Positions 1-7,239 of a stretch of DNA of 30,508 bases are shown piece by piece. Each line of letters begins with the position of its first letter. Position 1 is the first letter of the stretch. Where the stretch lies: the IMG/VR virus record IMGVR_UViG_3300027732_000087, positions 1 through 30,508 of that record. One strand, written 5' to 3'. Both the position numbers and the translations under genes were made by a program. Under the pieces are notes generated by a model. The model ran no database searches. It was given only the letters and a program-made list of their open reading frames with translations, and was not told the DNA's origin. The stretch is from a virus (Duplodnaviria; Caudoviricetes).

Positions 1-242
1 TTAATTAATTCTTTCTTCAAATATAGTATTTGTAATCTTAAAGCATCATTTGTTCGTGTTAATTCAGTATTATCGTCTTTAAGCATTTTAAAGACTTCTA
101 AGCTATAGTTCAAATCATTTGCTTCACGTAGTATCACTTTTTGTTTTTCTTCGCTTACACGTTCTAATGCACCTCTAAAAAGCAATCTATTGATGCTTAC
201 CTTTATGTTTAGTCTTGCAATAGCAATATCTGTATCTTTCAT
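1..242 (-). CDS. Hypothetical coiled-coil protein, truncated by the window edge; divergent homolog of 29281..29547
   Basis: Hand translation MKDTDIAIARLNIKVSINRLLFRGALERVSEEKQKVILREA...; ATGA overlap with the helicase stop; shares SINRLLFR and SEEK with 29281..29547. Confidence 0.8.
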   Translation of the reverse strand, partial: MKDTDIAIARLNIKVSINRLLFRGALERVSEEKQKVILREANDLNYSLEVFKMLKDDNTELTRTNDALRLQILYLKKELI

Positions 243-1087
243 AATACGTTTTTTCCTTCGTTTAAAAATTGTGTTCCGTTCTGTAATTTAAACATAATTG
301 GCTCGGCAGCGAATGTAGGCTTACCACCAGTTTCAGTTTCTTTAACTTTCTTGATATGAACTTCTGTAAACATCCAAAAGTTTGTGTGCATTGGGTATCT
401 ATGAATAACAATGAAATCATCTGCACGGTTACCCCACTTACCACCACCTTCAGCATCCGCCATATTCGGTGCCATTGGCATACCTTCATAATCACCTGCT
501 TTGTGCGTTTTACGGAGTGCTTCAGTTGCTGCGTGAATACACATATAGATTGAAGTATTCGTTTTTTTCGCAAACAATCTCAACTTTGTAGCCATTTCAT
601 AATCCAAATCGTGTGCATTAGCAAACTTTGGCTTTAAGAATGAATTGTGTGGGTCAATCATTAAAGTATCATAATCACCTAACACTTGAACTTCTTTCAT
701 AAATTCTTCAATAGTCCAAGCCTTTTGTGCATCTATGAAATCAAAATGCAATTCAATAAAGTTTTTACAATTTTCTAGTTGTTTAGGTAACATATCTTTA
801 ATCTTACATCCTGCATATAATTCAATTAGATTTCTTTTCAATCCGTTAACACTATTTTCGGCTGAATAAATTAGATGCTTAAGATTATGCTTTTTAGCCA
901 AACAAAGCAAGTACCATAAAACCCAGTAAGTTTTACCTACATTTGCGTGTCCTAGCACAATATTGAATGAAGCACGTTTAAATCTTAGGTTAACATCTAA
1001 ATCAATACCTAATCCTAAACCCAAAGGTATTTTATCTAACCTAGACAATTCTAAAAATTCATCACTACTTCTATGGTTAACTATCAT
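239..1087 (-). CDS. DnaB/T7 gp4-like SF4 helicase domain without a primase domain, allele A
   Basis: Walker A GHANVGKT, Walker B LMIDP, IYSAE and ADDFIVIHR motifs; follows the initiator gene. Confidence 0.8.
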   Translation of the reverse strand: MIVNHRSSDEFLELSRLDKIPLGLGLGIDLDVNLRFKRASFNIVLGHANVGKTYWVLWYLLCLAKKHNLKHLIYSAENSVNGLKRNLIELYAGCKIKDMLPKQLENCKNFIELHFDFIDAQKAWTIEEFMKEVQVLGDYDTLMIDPHNSFLKPKFANAHDLDYEMATKLRLFAKKTNTSIYMCIHAATEALRKTHKAGDYEGMPMAPNMADAEGGGKWGNRADDFIVIHRYPMHTNFWMFTEVHIKKVKETETGGKPTFAAEPIMFKLQNGTQFLNEGKNVL

Positions 1088-1203
1088 TTCTTTTTTGTTT
1101 TTATGTGAAAGCCATTTACATCAATTTCATTACCCCATTGGTCGGTTGAAATTACATCCGCTTTTGTATTTATTACATTATCATTTACATTATCATTAAC
1201 AGT
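239..1203. repeat. Left copy of the imperfect terminal direct repeat (partner 29544..30508)
   Basis: Ungapped alignment at offset 29,305; about 47 substitutions by hand count in 239..1076; 1077..1203 is identical. Confidence 0.97.
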
Positions 1204-1509
1204 TATGTTTGTTATCGTTTGATATGCTTTGTTATCGTTTGTTATACTTTGCCATCTTTTAGCCATTCCTTTCTTCCCCGCTTCACTACGTTTGCCCTTG
1301 ATTTCATTGAACTTAACTAAATCACGTTTTAATTGTTGTTTGATTGGTGTGAATGCTAAATTAATAATAATATCTTCACTAATTGGATTTTCATCATTAA
1401 CGTAGGCAAAGATGAACTTAATTAGTTCACCTGCCTTTTCGTTAGATAATTGATTAAACAAAGCATTCTGGTCTGCGTATAGGATAAATCCTTTCTTATC
1501 TTCTGCCAT
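1084..1509 (-). CDS. Phage replication initiator, DUF6291-like N-terminal domain
   Basis: KKGFILYAD...LSNEKAGELIKFIFAYV, RSEAGKKG..KRW and NDNVNDNV linker; directly upstream of the helicase. Confidence 0.7.
   Translation of the reverse strand: MAEDKKGFILYADQNALFNQLSNEKAGELIKFIFAYVNDENPISEDIIINLAFTPIKQQLKRDLVKFNEIKGKRSEAGKKGMAKRWQSITNDNKAYQTITNITVNDNVNDNVINTKADVISTDQWGNEIDVNGFHIKTKKK
1175..1250. repeat. Iteron-like tandem repeats inside the initiator gene (candidate origin)
   Basis: gttatgttt/gttatcgttt/gatatgcttt/gttatcgttt/gttatacttt at ~10 bp period (1202..1250), next to acattatcatt x2. Confidence 0.6.
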
Positions 1510-1510
1510 T

Positions 1511-1981
1511 TTAATTTATTGGATTAAATTTATAATTTCTTTGGTCGTATTTAGATAATCTATCAATATCTTCTTGTGAAATTGTAAACAAATATTTCAT
1601 ATCTTCAACTTTCCAAGCAATAATATTTTTATTTGGGTATATCGGATTATTCAATTGCATTAAATCAGCTAAATGAACACTGCCTGTTTTGTCATCTACA
1701 AATATTAAATAGAAATTAACTGAAGTTATTTTAACAAAATTAATATATTCATTATAACTTTTAATATTTATACCCTGTGCATTCCAATTATTTAAACGTG
1801 CTTTTGTTTTAACATCAATTGCAATAACCTTTTCTTTATTTAATGTACAAATCATATCAAAATAATGTGCTTTATCTTTAGTGAAAGGGCGGTATATTAT
1901 CCACCCTTTTTTTTCTAAAAATTCAGAAACAATATCTTCACCTATATCACCTTTTTTTAATGCTATTTGAAAGTCTGCCAT
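1511..1981 (-). CDS. PD-(D/E)XK endonuclease, restriction-like
   Basis: GDIGEDIV..FL..KGW, FDMIC and IDVKTK catalytic pattern; start overlaps the methyltransferase stop. Confidence 0.65.
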   Translation of the reverse strand: MADFQIALKKGDIGEDIVSEFLEKKGWIIYRPFTKDKAHYFDMICTLNKEKVIAIDVKTKARLNNWNAQGINIKSYNEYINFVKITSVNFYLIFVDDKTGSVHLADLMQLNNPIYPNKNIIAWKVEDMKYLFTISQEDIDRLSKYDQRNYKFNPIN

Positions 1982-3108
1982 TAGAATTTATTTACATCAT
2001 TACCGAATACTTCCCATCCATTTCTTTTTTCTCTACTAAAATATTCTAATCTTCTGCCTAACGTTATATTTTCAATCATTTCAAAAAATGAATCTGGCTT
2101 TCTTGAATGTTCTCTTCTTGGTTCGTTTAAAATATCTCTAAATGTTGTATTCTGCCAATATGGTTTCCCTTTGATTCCTACTATACAAAACTCGCATTGC
2201 ATTCTAAACCAAGCTCCCATTCCTATTTTTTCTTTATTCCATACTAAAGTAGCTTTATAATCTAATCCCCATTCTTTTAAAATATCAAATGCATCTGGTA
2301 AAAATCTATGTGTAGTCCAAAGTAATACAACAGCGTCATCCATTAACGGTATTTCAATTTTTTTAATATCTTCAATACTCATTTCAGGATATGGATTTGC
2401 AACTCTTCTACCTACTGAATCAAATGAAGTTACATTTTTACTTTCTCCTTCATAAGGCCAAGGTGGGTCAACCGAAATAACATTAAACAAACCATCTAAT
2501 TCAGGAAGTAAACCATGCTCAATATCTTCTATCTGTTGCTCAATTAACTCTATTCGCTCTGCTTTCTTTTCTTCTTTCTTTATATCTTGGTAAACTTGGT
2601 TTATACTTACTTCACCAATGCTTAATTGTGCTTTTACTTCTTCACTTGCTTTGGCTTCAATTACTTTTACACGTGCAATAGTTTGTTCACCAACTGAAGC
2701 TATTTTAGCAAGTTCTTTTCTTGTGTCTATTGGCTCACTTTTCGGTGAATTCACCAAAAGGTCAGCACGTTTTCCTTGTTGCTCCTTTGCTCTTTCACTA
2801 AACACACTTTCAAGTTCTAAAGCTAAAACTCCTCTTTGATAGTTGCTTAAATTTCTCCTGCCAAATTGGTTATTAATCATCCATTCTCTTACATCGCTTT
2901 CATCTTTAAAACGTTTGCTTTCCGTTTGATAATCCAAGTTCCAACGTGTAGCAATTTCATAACGGTTATGGCCATCAATTATAAATCCATTCCACGTTAT
3001 AATCTTTTCTCGGATTCCTTCTTCTAAACAATTTGCCTCTAGTTGTTTAAACTCTTCAGCAGTTAGTGCTGGTATTAACTTTTTAAACTCTTCTTTAATC
3101 TCTAACAT
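1981..3108 (-). CDS. ParB/Srx-like N-terminal domain fused to an MT-A70 (IME4-like) adenine methyltransferase
   Basis: IIDGHNRY and GRRNLS in the ParB-like part; DPPW, LLWTT, REHSRKP, LEYFSR and GWEVFGN in the MT-A70 part. Confidence 0.88.
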   Translation of the reverse strand: MLEIKEEFKKLIPALTAEEFKQLEANCLEEGIREKIITWNGFIIDGHNRYEIATRWNLDYQTESKRFKDESDVREWMINNQFGRRNLSNYQRGVLALELESVFSERAKEQQGKRADLLVNSPKSEPIDTRKELAKIASVGEQTIARVKVIEAKASEEVKAQLSIGEVSINQVYQDIKKEEKKAERIELIEQQIEDIEHGLLPELDGLFNVISVDPPWPYEGESKNVTSFDSVGRRVANPYPEMSIEDIKKIEIPLMDDAVVLLWTTHRFLPDAFDILKEWGLDYKATLVWNKEKIGMGAWFRMQCEFCIVGIKGKPYWQNTTFRDILNEPRREHSRKPDSFFEMIENITLGRRLEYFSREKRNGWEVFGNDVNKF

Positions 3109-3127
3109 AATATAATTTATTAAACAT

Positions 3128-3220
3128 AAAAAACCCCTGTACTCCTTTGTGCTTCAACCTACAAATTCATACAAGGGTTTAAACTAAATTCCTTTTGTTA
3201 CTATAATGTTGAAGCGTAAC
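3128..3220 (-). ncRNA. Structured 5' leader: two hairpins with complementary 8-nt loops, the second an intrinsic terminator
   Basis: GTTAC-[GCTTCAAC ATTATA]-GTAAC, then AAACCCTTGTA-TGAA-TTTGT-[AG GTTGAAGC]-ACAAA-GGAG-TACAGGGGTTTTTT. Confidence 0.7.
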
Positions 3221-3225
3221 GTATG

Positions 3226-3255
3226 CAAATATAACTAAATATTCTTAATATTCAA
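3226..3255 (-). promoter_or_regulatory. Bacteroidota housekeeping-type promoter
   Basis: TTG-N19-TATATTTG, an exact fit to the -33/-7 consensus. Confidence 0.8.
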
Positions 3256-3441
3256 ATCTTTATCTATAAATATTCCTCTTCTGCTATCGCATTCATCCAT
3301 CCATTCATCTAAAAGCCAAACATCGTATATTAAAGATGGCAGTACATCAGCTTTTAATATCGCATCTTCTTTGGAATTAGCTTTGCCAATCCAGTATGCA
3401 GGTTGGTTTTCTCTTGTGTAAAATACTTTATAGTAACTCAT
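3235..3441 (-). CDS. Hypothetical protein
   Basis: 68 aa ORF, ATGA-coupled to the upstream gene. Confidence 0.65.
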   Translation of the reverse strand: MSYYKVFYTRENQPAYWIGKANSKEDAILKADVLPSLIYDVWLLDEWMDECDSRRGIFIDKDLNIKNI

Positions 3442-3659
3442 ATCACCAGGTTATTATCGTTCAAAAATTCTCTAATTTGTTCTCTTAAATAGTCAGCCAT
3501 ATCTAATTCACTTTCTGAAGCATCTCTATTTTGATACACACCGTACTTAGTAGTTGACCTTAGTAGTTCGTCTAGTTGCAAAACTGTTTGCTTCCAATCA
3601 AAAGCATTCATTGCAAGTTTAGCATCTTCTACATCGTCATATTCTATTGTTATTTTCAT
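3438..3659 (-). CDS. Hypothetical protein
   Basis: 73 aa acidic ORF in operon. Confidence 0.7.
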   Translation of the reverse strand: MKITIEYDDVEDAKLAMNAFDWKQTVLQLDELLRSTTKYGVYQNRDASESELDMADYLREQIREFLNDNNLVI

Positions 3660-3663
3660 AGCT

Positions 3664-3720
3664 AAAAAATTAAAGGGGAAAGGTTTTTATCCTTTACTGC
3701 TGGAACTCCAACACACCCCT
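3664..3720 (-). terminator. Branched terminator-like RNA structure after the SSB-like gene
   Basis: AGGGG/CCCCT closing stem encloses TGTTGG/CCAGCA and AAAGG/CCTTT hairpins, followed by TTAATTTTTT. Confidence 0.45.
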
Positions 3721-3728
3721 AATTAATA

Positions 3729-4028
3729 TTAGAACGGCAAATCGTTTGCTTCAGCTAGTTTTTGACTAGTTGACTGCATTGTCATTCCTGTTGGCTTTGA
3801 TTCCGTTCTTTCAACAAATTCAGCTTTAACGATGTTGCCATCTGTCCAAGCTACTTTACCGTTTCCTACATACTGCTTGTGTGTTTTTGCATCACGTTGT
3901 TCTTTTGATTGCTGAACAAAGATACTAGCATTGTTACCATAGTCATCTTGTTTGTCGTTTACACTCATAGTGTACTTATCGTAACCACCTTGTGCATTTT
4001 TGATACTGAAGTTTATCAGTGAACTCAT
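3729..4028 (-). CDS. Putative single-stranded DNA-binding protein
   Basis: C-terminal NDLPF tail, YVGNGK motif, position after ERF and exonuclease. Confidence 0.6.
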   Translation of the reverse strand: MSSLINFSIKNAQGGYDKYTMSVNDKQDDYGNNASIFVQQSKEQRDAKTHKQYVGNGKVAWTDGNIVKAEFVERTESKPTGMTMQSTSQKLAEANDLPF

Positions 4029-4708
4029 CTTAAAATTGTTTTTAATTGTTCGTAATATTGACGTGCAACTTTTACACGTTCAATTATCTTTGCTTGTGCT
4101 TCTTCGTCTTTTTGCACAATAAATCTTTTAACTCTTAATTCATTCGGTATTTGGTCGAAGTTATGGCTAAGTTGTACTGCCTCTCTTACATCTAAATCTT
4201 CATCTATTAAATGTAACTTCCAATGTTCACGTCTTACTTCGTCTTCAACTATCTCAAACGGTGTATTCATCAAACAATAAACTAACTCACTAGTATCGTG
4301 ATTCGTTAGCATTAAATATCCTTGCAACTGCCAATAGTACTCTTTGTTTTTTAAAGTAGAATCGAACATCGGAAACGTACTGCCATTCCAACTGCATTTA
4401 ATATCAGCTAAAAGATTATCTGTACAAATGTCAGGCTCACCAGTTAACCATTCGTTGTTAAATCTTTCTGTATTCTTAACTACAAAATCCCATTTAAGAA
4501 CTTCTGATGCAAACTGAATTGCTTCATCTTCCATTTGTATTCCTTTATCAGTATAACGGCTTGAGAAGTCTTTATATATACCTAGTTCTTTTTCTTTAAA
4601 TACATCTTGAATGTATGTTTTTGCAGTTTCAGACAAAACCTCAGATTTACTCCGAGATTCTGTCATTAACTTTCCTAGTGAACTGCATCTAAATAGTAAT
4701 TCGCTCAT
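4025..4708 (-). CDS. YqaJ/lambda exonuclease-like recombination nuclease
   Basis: RCSSLG, GIQMEDEA, GEPD, DIKCS and YYWQLQGY motifs. Confidence 0.82.
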   Translation of the reverse strand: MSELLFRCSSLGKLMTESRSKSEVLSETAKTYIQDVFKEKELGIYKDFSSRYTDKGIQMEDEAIQFASEVLKWDFVVKNTERFNNEWLTGEPDICTDNLLADIKCSWNGSTFPMFDSTLKNKEYYWQLQGYLMLTNHDTSELVYCLMNTPFEIVEDEVRREHWKLHLIDEDLDVREAVQLSHNFDQIPNELRVKRFIVQKDEEAQAKIIERVKVARQYYEQLKTILR

Positions 4709-5238
4709 AATAATTTTATTGCTGCTTTTTGTAACTCAGTTAATTCAAATTGATTCAAGTCTGAAACTTTAGCTTTGCCATCTTGAATAGCAATTAATGC
4801 TTTTTCAAATCGTTCTTGTGGCATTGTAGGTTTCTTATTAACGTGTTTAGTAACATCGTTTGCATCGTCATCTTGCATAGATAAAGATAGTAAACTTTGA
4901 AGCGTGTAACGTCTAAAATAAGAAATACAACCGCCTAACTTTTGCGGGTCGTTTAACTCTGGAAGTTTAATCTCAGCATTAATATCTACACCGCTTTCAA
5001 TGTCAACTATTACACTATGCACACAACCATTCATAATAGGTTGTAATAGCAGTAAATTGTACTTATGTAGTATTGGCTCAACTACATCTAAAATAGTGTT
5101 TAAATCAGCATATTTAGATTTAAAGAAAGGATTGTCAGCACTCTTGTTAATCTTACCAATTTCTTGTTTAGCTAAATGTAGCTTAAAATAAATTCCGTTT
5201 GGCTTTGGAATTGCGTCTTCAAATGTTTCGTTTTTCAT
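4705..5238 (-). CDS. erf: ERF-family single-strand annealing protein
   Basis: NPFFKSKYADL, PQKLGGCISYFRRYTL and DDDAN motifs. Confidence 0.88.
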   Translation of the reverse strand: MKNETFEDAIPKPNGIYFKLHLAKQEIGKINKSADNPFFKSKYADLNTILDVVEPILHKYNLLLLQPIMNGCVHSVIVDIESGVDINAEIKLPELNDPQKLGGCISYFRRYTLQSLLSLSMQDDDANDVTKHVNKKPTMPQERFEKALIAIQDGKAKVSDLNQFELTELQKAAIKLL

Positions 5239-5243
5239 AATTT

Positions 5244-5474
5244 TTAGTTTATTTTATTTATAGTATAACCGTTGTTTTTAGTTCTTTCAATTTCAAATTC
5301 AAGTGAAAGCACACTAACTGATTTACCTTTTCTAATTACTTTTTTACCTATATCTATTTTTGATTTTGCAAATGGATTTAAATACTTTGCAATATTAGAA
5401 GTTAATTCAGAATAAGAATTTCCACTTATAATAGAAAATGTGTTGTTTGGATTTAATACTGTTACGTTTTTCAT
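5244..5474 (-). CDS. Hypothetical basic protein with its own promoter
   Basis: 76 aa ORF preceded by TATATTTG and a leader identical to that of the gene starting at 7005. Confidence 0.65.
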   Translation of the reverse strand: MKNVTVLNPNNTFSIISGNSYSELTSNIAKYLNPFAKSKIDIGKKVIRKGKSVSVLSLEFEIERTKNNGYTINKIN

Positions 5475-5489
5475 TTTGTTTTGTTTTTA
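5466..5489. repeat. 24 bp exact direct repeat of the translation start region (partner 6997..7020)
   Basis: TAAAAACAAAACAAAATGAAAAAC on the minus strand at both sites. Confidence 0.85.
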
Positions 5490-5498
5490 GATTGTTTA

Positions 5499-5506
5499 CA
5501 AATATA
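5499..5506 (-). promoter_or_regulatory. Bacteroidota -7 promoter element
   Basis: TATATTTG about 25 nt upstream of the ATG; -33 element not canonical. Confidence 0.6.
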
Positions 5507-5532
5507 CTACTTATTAACTTATTAAACTAATT

Positions 5533-5922
5533 TTATTTATACTTTTTAATTAATTCTTCTTGCAATAACCTCATTTGAAAGTAGTTTTCACACTTCAAGA
5601 TTCGTTCTTCTATTTCTGTGATTAAAGGATTCTCAATAGTTAATTCAGTTTCTTGCAAATCTCTTAAAATAGCCGAATAAATGTACTTGAAATCAATCTC
5701 ATTCTTTAAAAGTTCAAATTGCTTTAACGCCCAAATAACTGTGGCGTGATCTCTATTTACAACTTCACCTATTTTAGTTAAACTCCAACCGTTATTTCTT
5801 AAGTACCTGCAAACTACAAATCTCGCATACACCTTTTCACGCTTTCTAGACTTTGTATTCATCTCGTATTTTAAGATTACTTCATTTAAAAGGTCGTTGT
5901 TTAAAATATCTTTATTTTTCAT
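5533..5922 (-). CDS. DnaA C-terminal (domain IV)-like HTH protein
   Basis: SRKREKVYAR and SLTKIGEVVNRDHATVIWAL match the DnaA domain IV signature. Confidence 0.8.
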   Translation of the reverse strand: MKNKDILNNDLLNEVILKYEMNTKSRKREKVYARFVVCRYLRNNGWSLTKIGEVVNRDHATVIWALKQFELLKNEIDFKYIYSAILRDLQETELTIENPLITEIEERILKCENYFQMRLLQEELIKKYK

Positions 5923-6176
5923 GATTCTTGTATTTGCACCTGATTTAATATTTCTCTTACTTTATTATTAATAAACACCCATTGCTCACCTTGTTCTGGT
6001 GTTAAAACATCTGTAGAAAATTCGACAAATCTTGCAACATATTTATAATAGTTTTCCGTCTTCATTTTCATTTCTCGCTTATAATGGATGGAATTTGATA
6101 ACTCATCCATCAGCTCTAGTTGTTGTTGCTGACAGATAAGTATTCTCAATGTTATATCTAAGTCGTTTTGTTTCAT
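5919..6176 (-). CDS. Hypothetical protein
   Basis: 85 aa ORF with ATGA overlaps at both ends. Confidence 0.7.
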   Translation of the reverse strand: MKQNDLDITLRILICQQQQLELMDELSNSIHYKREMKMKTENYYKYVARFVEFSTDVLTPEQGEQWVFINNKVREILNQVQIQES

Positions 6177-6349
6177 TTCATTTGTTTTATAAGTCCAAAA
6201 ATATGATTCGCCTTTTGATTGAAGTCTAATCCTTTACCTTCATCTACTGTTGATTGAATTCTAATCTTTGCCTTCGTTGAAGGAACATAGGTATTAACTG
6301 CCTTCGTTGGTTTAATGTTCTGATTGAAAAATTCTGTTATTGCTTTCAT
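6173..6349 (-). CDS. Hypothetical protein (likely start MKAITEFF)
   Basis: ATG at 6349 avoids overlap with the upstream lipoprotein gene. Confidence 0.6.
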   Translation of the reverse strand: MKAITEFFNQNIKPTKAVNTYVPSTKAKIRIQSTVDEGKGLDFNQKANHIFGLIKQMK

Positions 6350-6368
6350 ATTACTTCTTTTTAAATTA

Positions 6369-6611
6369 TTACCAACTTGTGGTATTAGTAATACAATAAT
6401 CACTTCCTACATAAGCATTCATCCAATCACTTTCTGAAAGGTAAAAAGTTTTATTATTATTTGAGCAACTGTTTCTAATTACTACCGAATAATCCGCAGC
6501 ATTGTCACTTTGTATTATACCACAGTTACACGACTCATTTGGTGTTATTTCTTCTTTCTTACATGACATTGCCATTAACGCAACTGCCATAATCATAATT
6601 ACTTTTTTCAT
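6369..6611 (-). CDS. Small cysteine-rich lipoprotein
   Basis: MKK, hydrophobic core and lipobox AMSC, followed by KKEE; four further Cys. Confidence 0.8.
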   Translation of the reverse strand: MKKVIMIMAVALMAMSCKKEEITPNESCNCGIIQSDNAADYSVVIRNSCSNNNKTFYLSESDWMNAYVGSDYCITNTTSW

Positions 6612-6772
6612 AACTCAAGTTTTAATTTTCGTTCTTTTAACTCACTTTGTATTAACATTCTTTCATATTCTTCTCTTTCAGCAGCATCAAATTCGTTGTT
6701 TCGATTGTACTTTTTGATTCTGAAATCTGATAAGTATAACTGGTGTTCTAGTTCTTTGATTCTTTCGTTCAT
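6608..6772 (-). CDS. Hypothetical 54 aa charged protein (not in ORF track)
   Basis: MNERIKELEHQLYLSDFRIKK...KLKLEL; ATGA overlaps with both neighbours. Confidence 0.7.
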   Translation of the reverse strand: MNERIKELEHQLYLSDFRIKKYNRNNEFDAAEREEYERMLIQSELKERKLKLEL

Positions 6773-7005
6773 AACTCAAATTCTTTAATCTCGTTAATAA
6801 CTTTAAAATAACTAGCCATAATTCTCTTTGTAGCTAACATCTGAATTTCAATTACTAAATCTGATTTTGGTTTAAAGTCATTTGGCGCTGCAATTTCAAC
6901 ATTATATCTTAACATTGATTCATACTTTTCTTGTGATGCTTGTGCTAAATCTAATAAGTCTATTGCTTGATTAGTTAGCTTTGTGATTTGTTTTAAGTTT
7001 TTCAT
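6769..7005 (-). CDS. Hypothetical first early gene
   Basis: 78 aa ORF right after a consensus promoter. Confidence 0.72.
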   Translation of the reverse strand: MKNLKQITKLTNQAIDLLDLAQASQEKYESMLRYNVEIAAPNDFKPKSDLVIEIQMLATKRIMASYFKVINEIKEFEL

Positions 7006-7034
7006 TTTGTTTTGTTTTTATTAATTGATATATG

Positions 7035-7064
7035 CAAATATATATATAATGTTTAGAACTACAA
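7035..7064 (-). promoter_or_regulatory. Major early promoter, Bacteroidota type
   Basis: TTG-N19-TATATTTG exact consensus at the head of the early operon. Confidence 0.82.
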
Positions 7065-7239
7065 TACTTTTAAACAAAATAATAACAAATATTTTCATTT
7101 ATTTTTAAGAAGTCAATGTTTACAAGGCTTTCAAGATGTAAAAAAAATACTTAATTAATGATATAAACTTACAAAATGTTAATTATAACGTTTAATTAAG
7201 ATAAATATTTTCTACTATAAATGGATTTAATACTGCTAA

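Noticed and set aside
239-1087. Helicase copies as a DGR template/variable pair or a true gene duplication
   Set aside because: No reverse transcriptase; changes affect all bases and are mostly synonymous; the 127 bp exact overlap points to assembly of two strains
3128-3220. Known SAM riboswitch upstream of the methyltransferase
   Set aside because: No SAM-I, SAM-II or SAM-V consensus nucleotides recognised; kept only as an unnamed structured leader
7165-7195. dif/Xer integration site
   Set aside because: The XerD arm TTATGTTAAAT is not matched, and there is no other sign of integration
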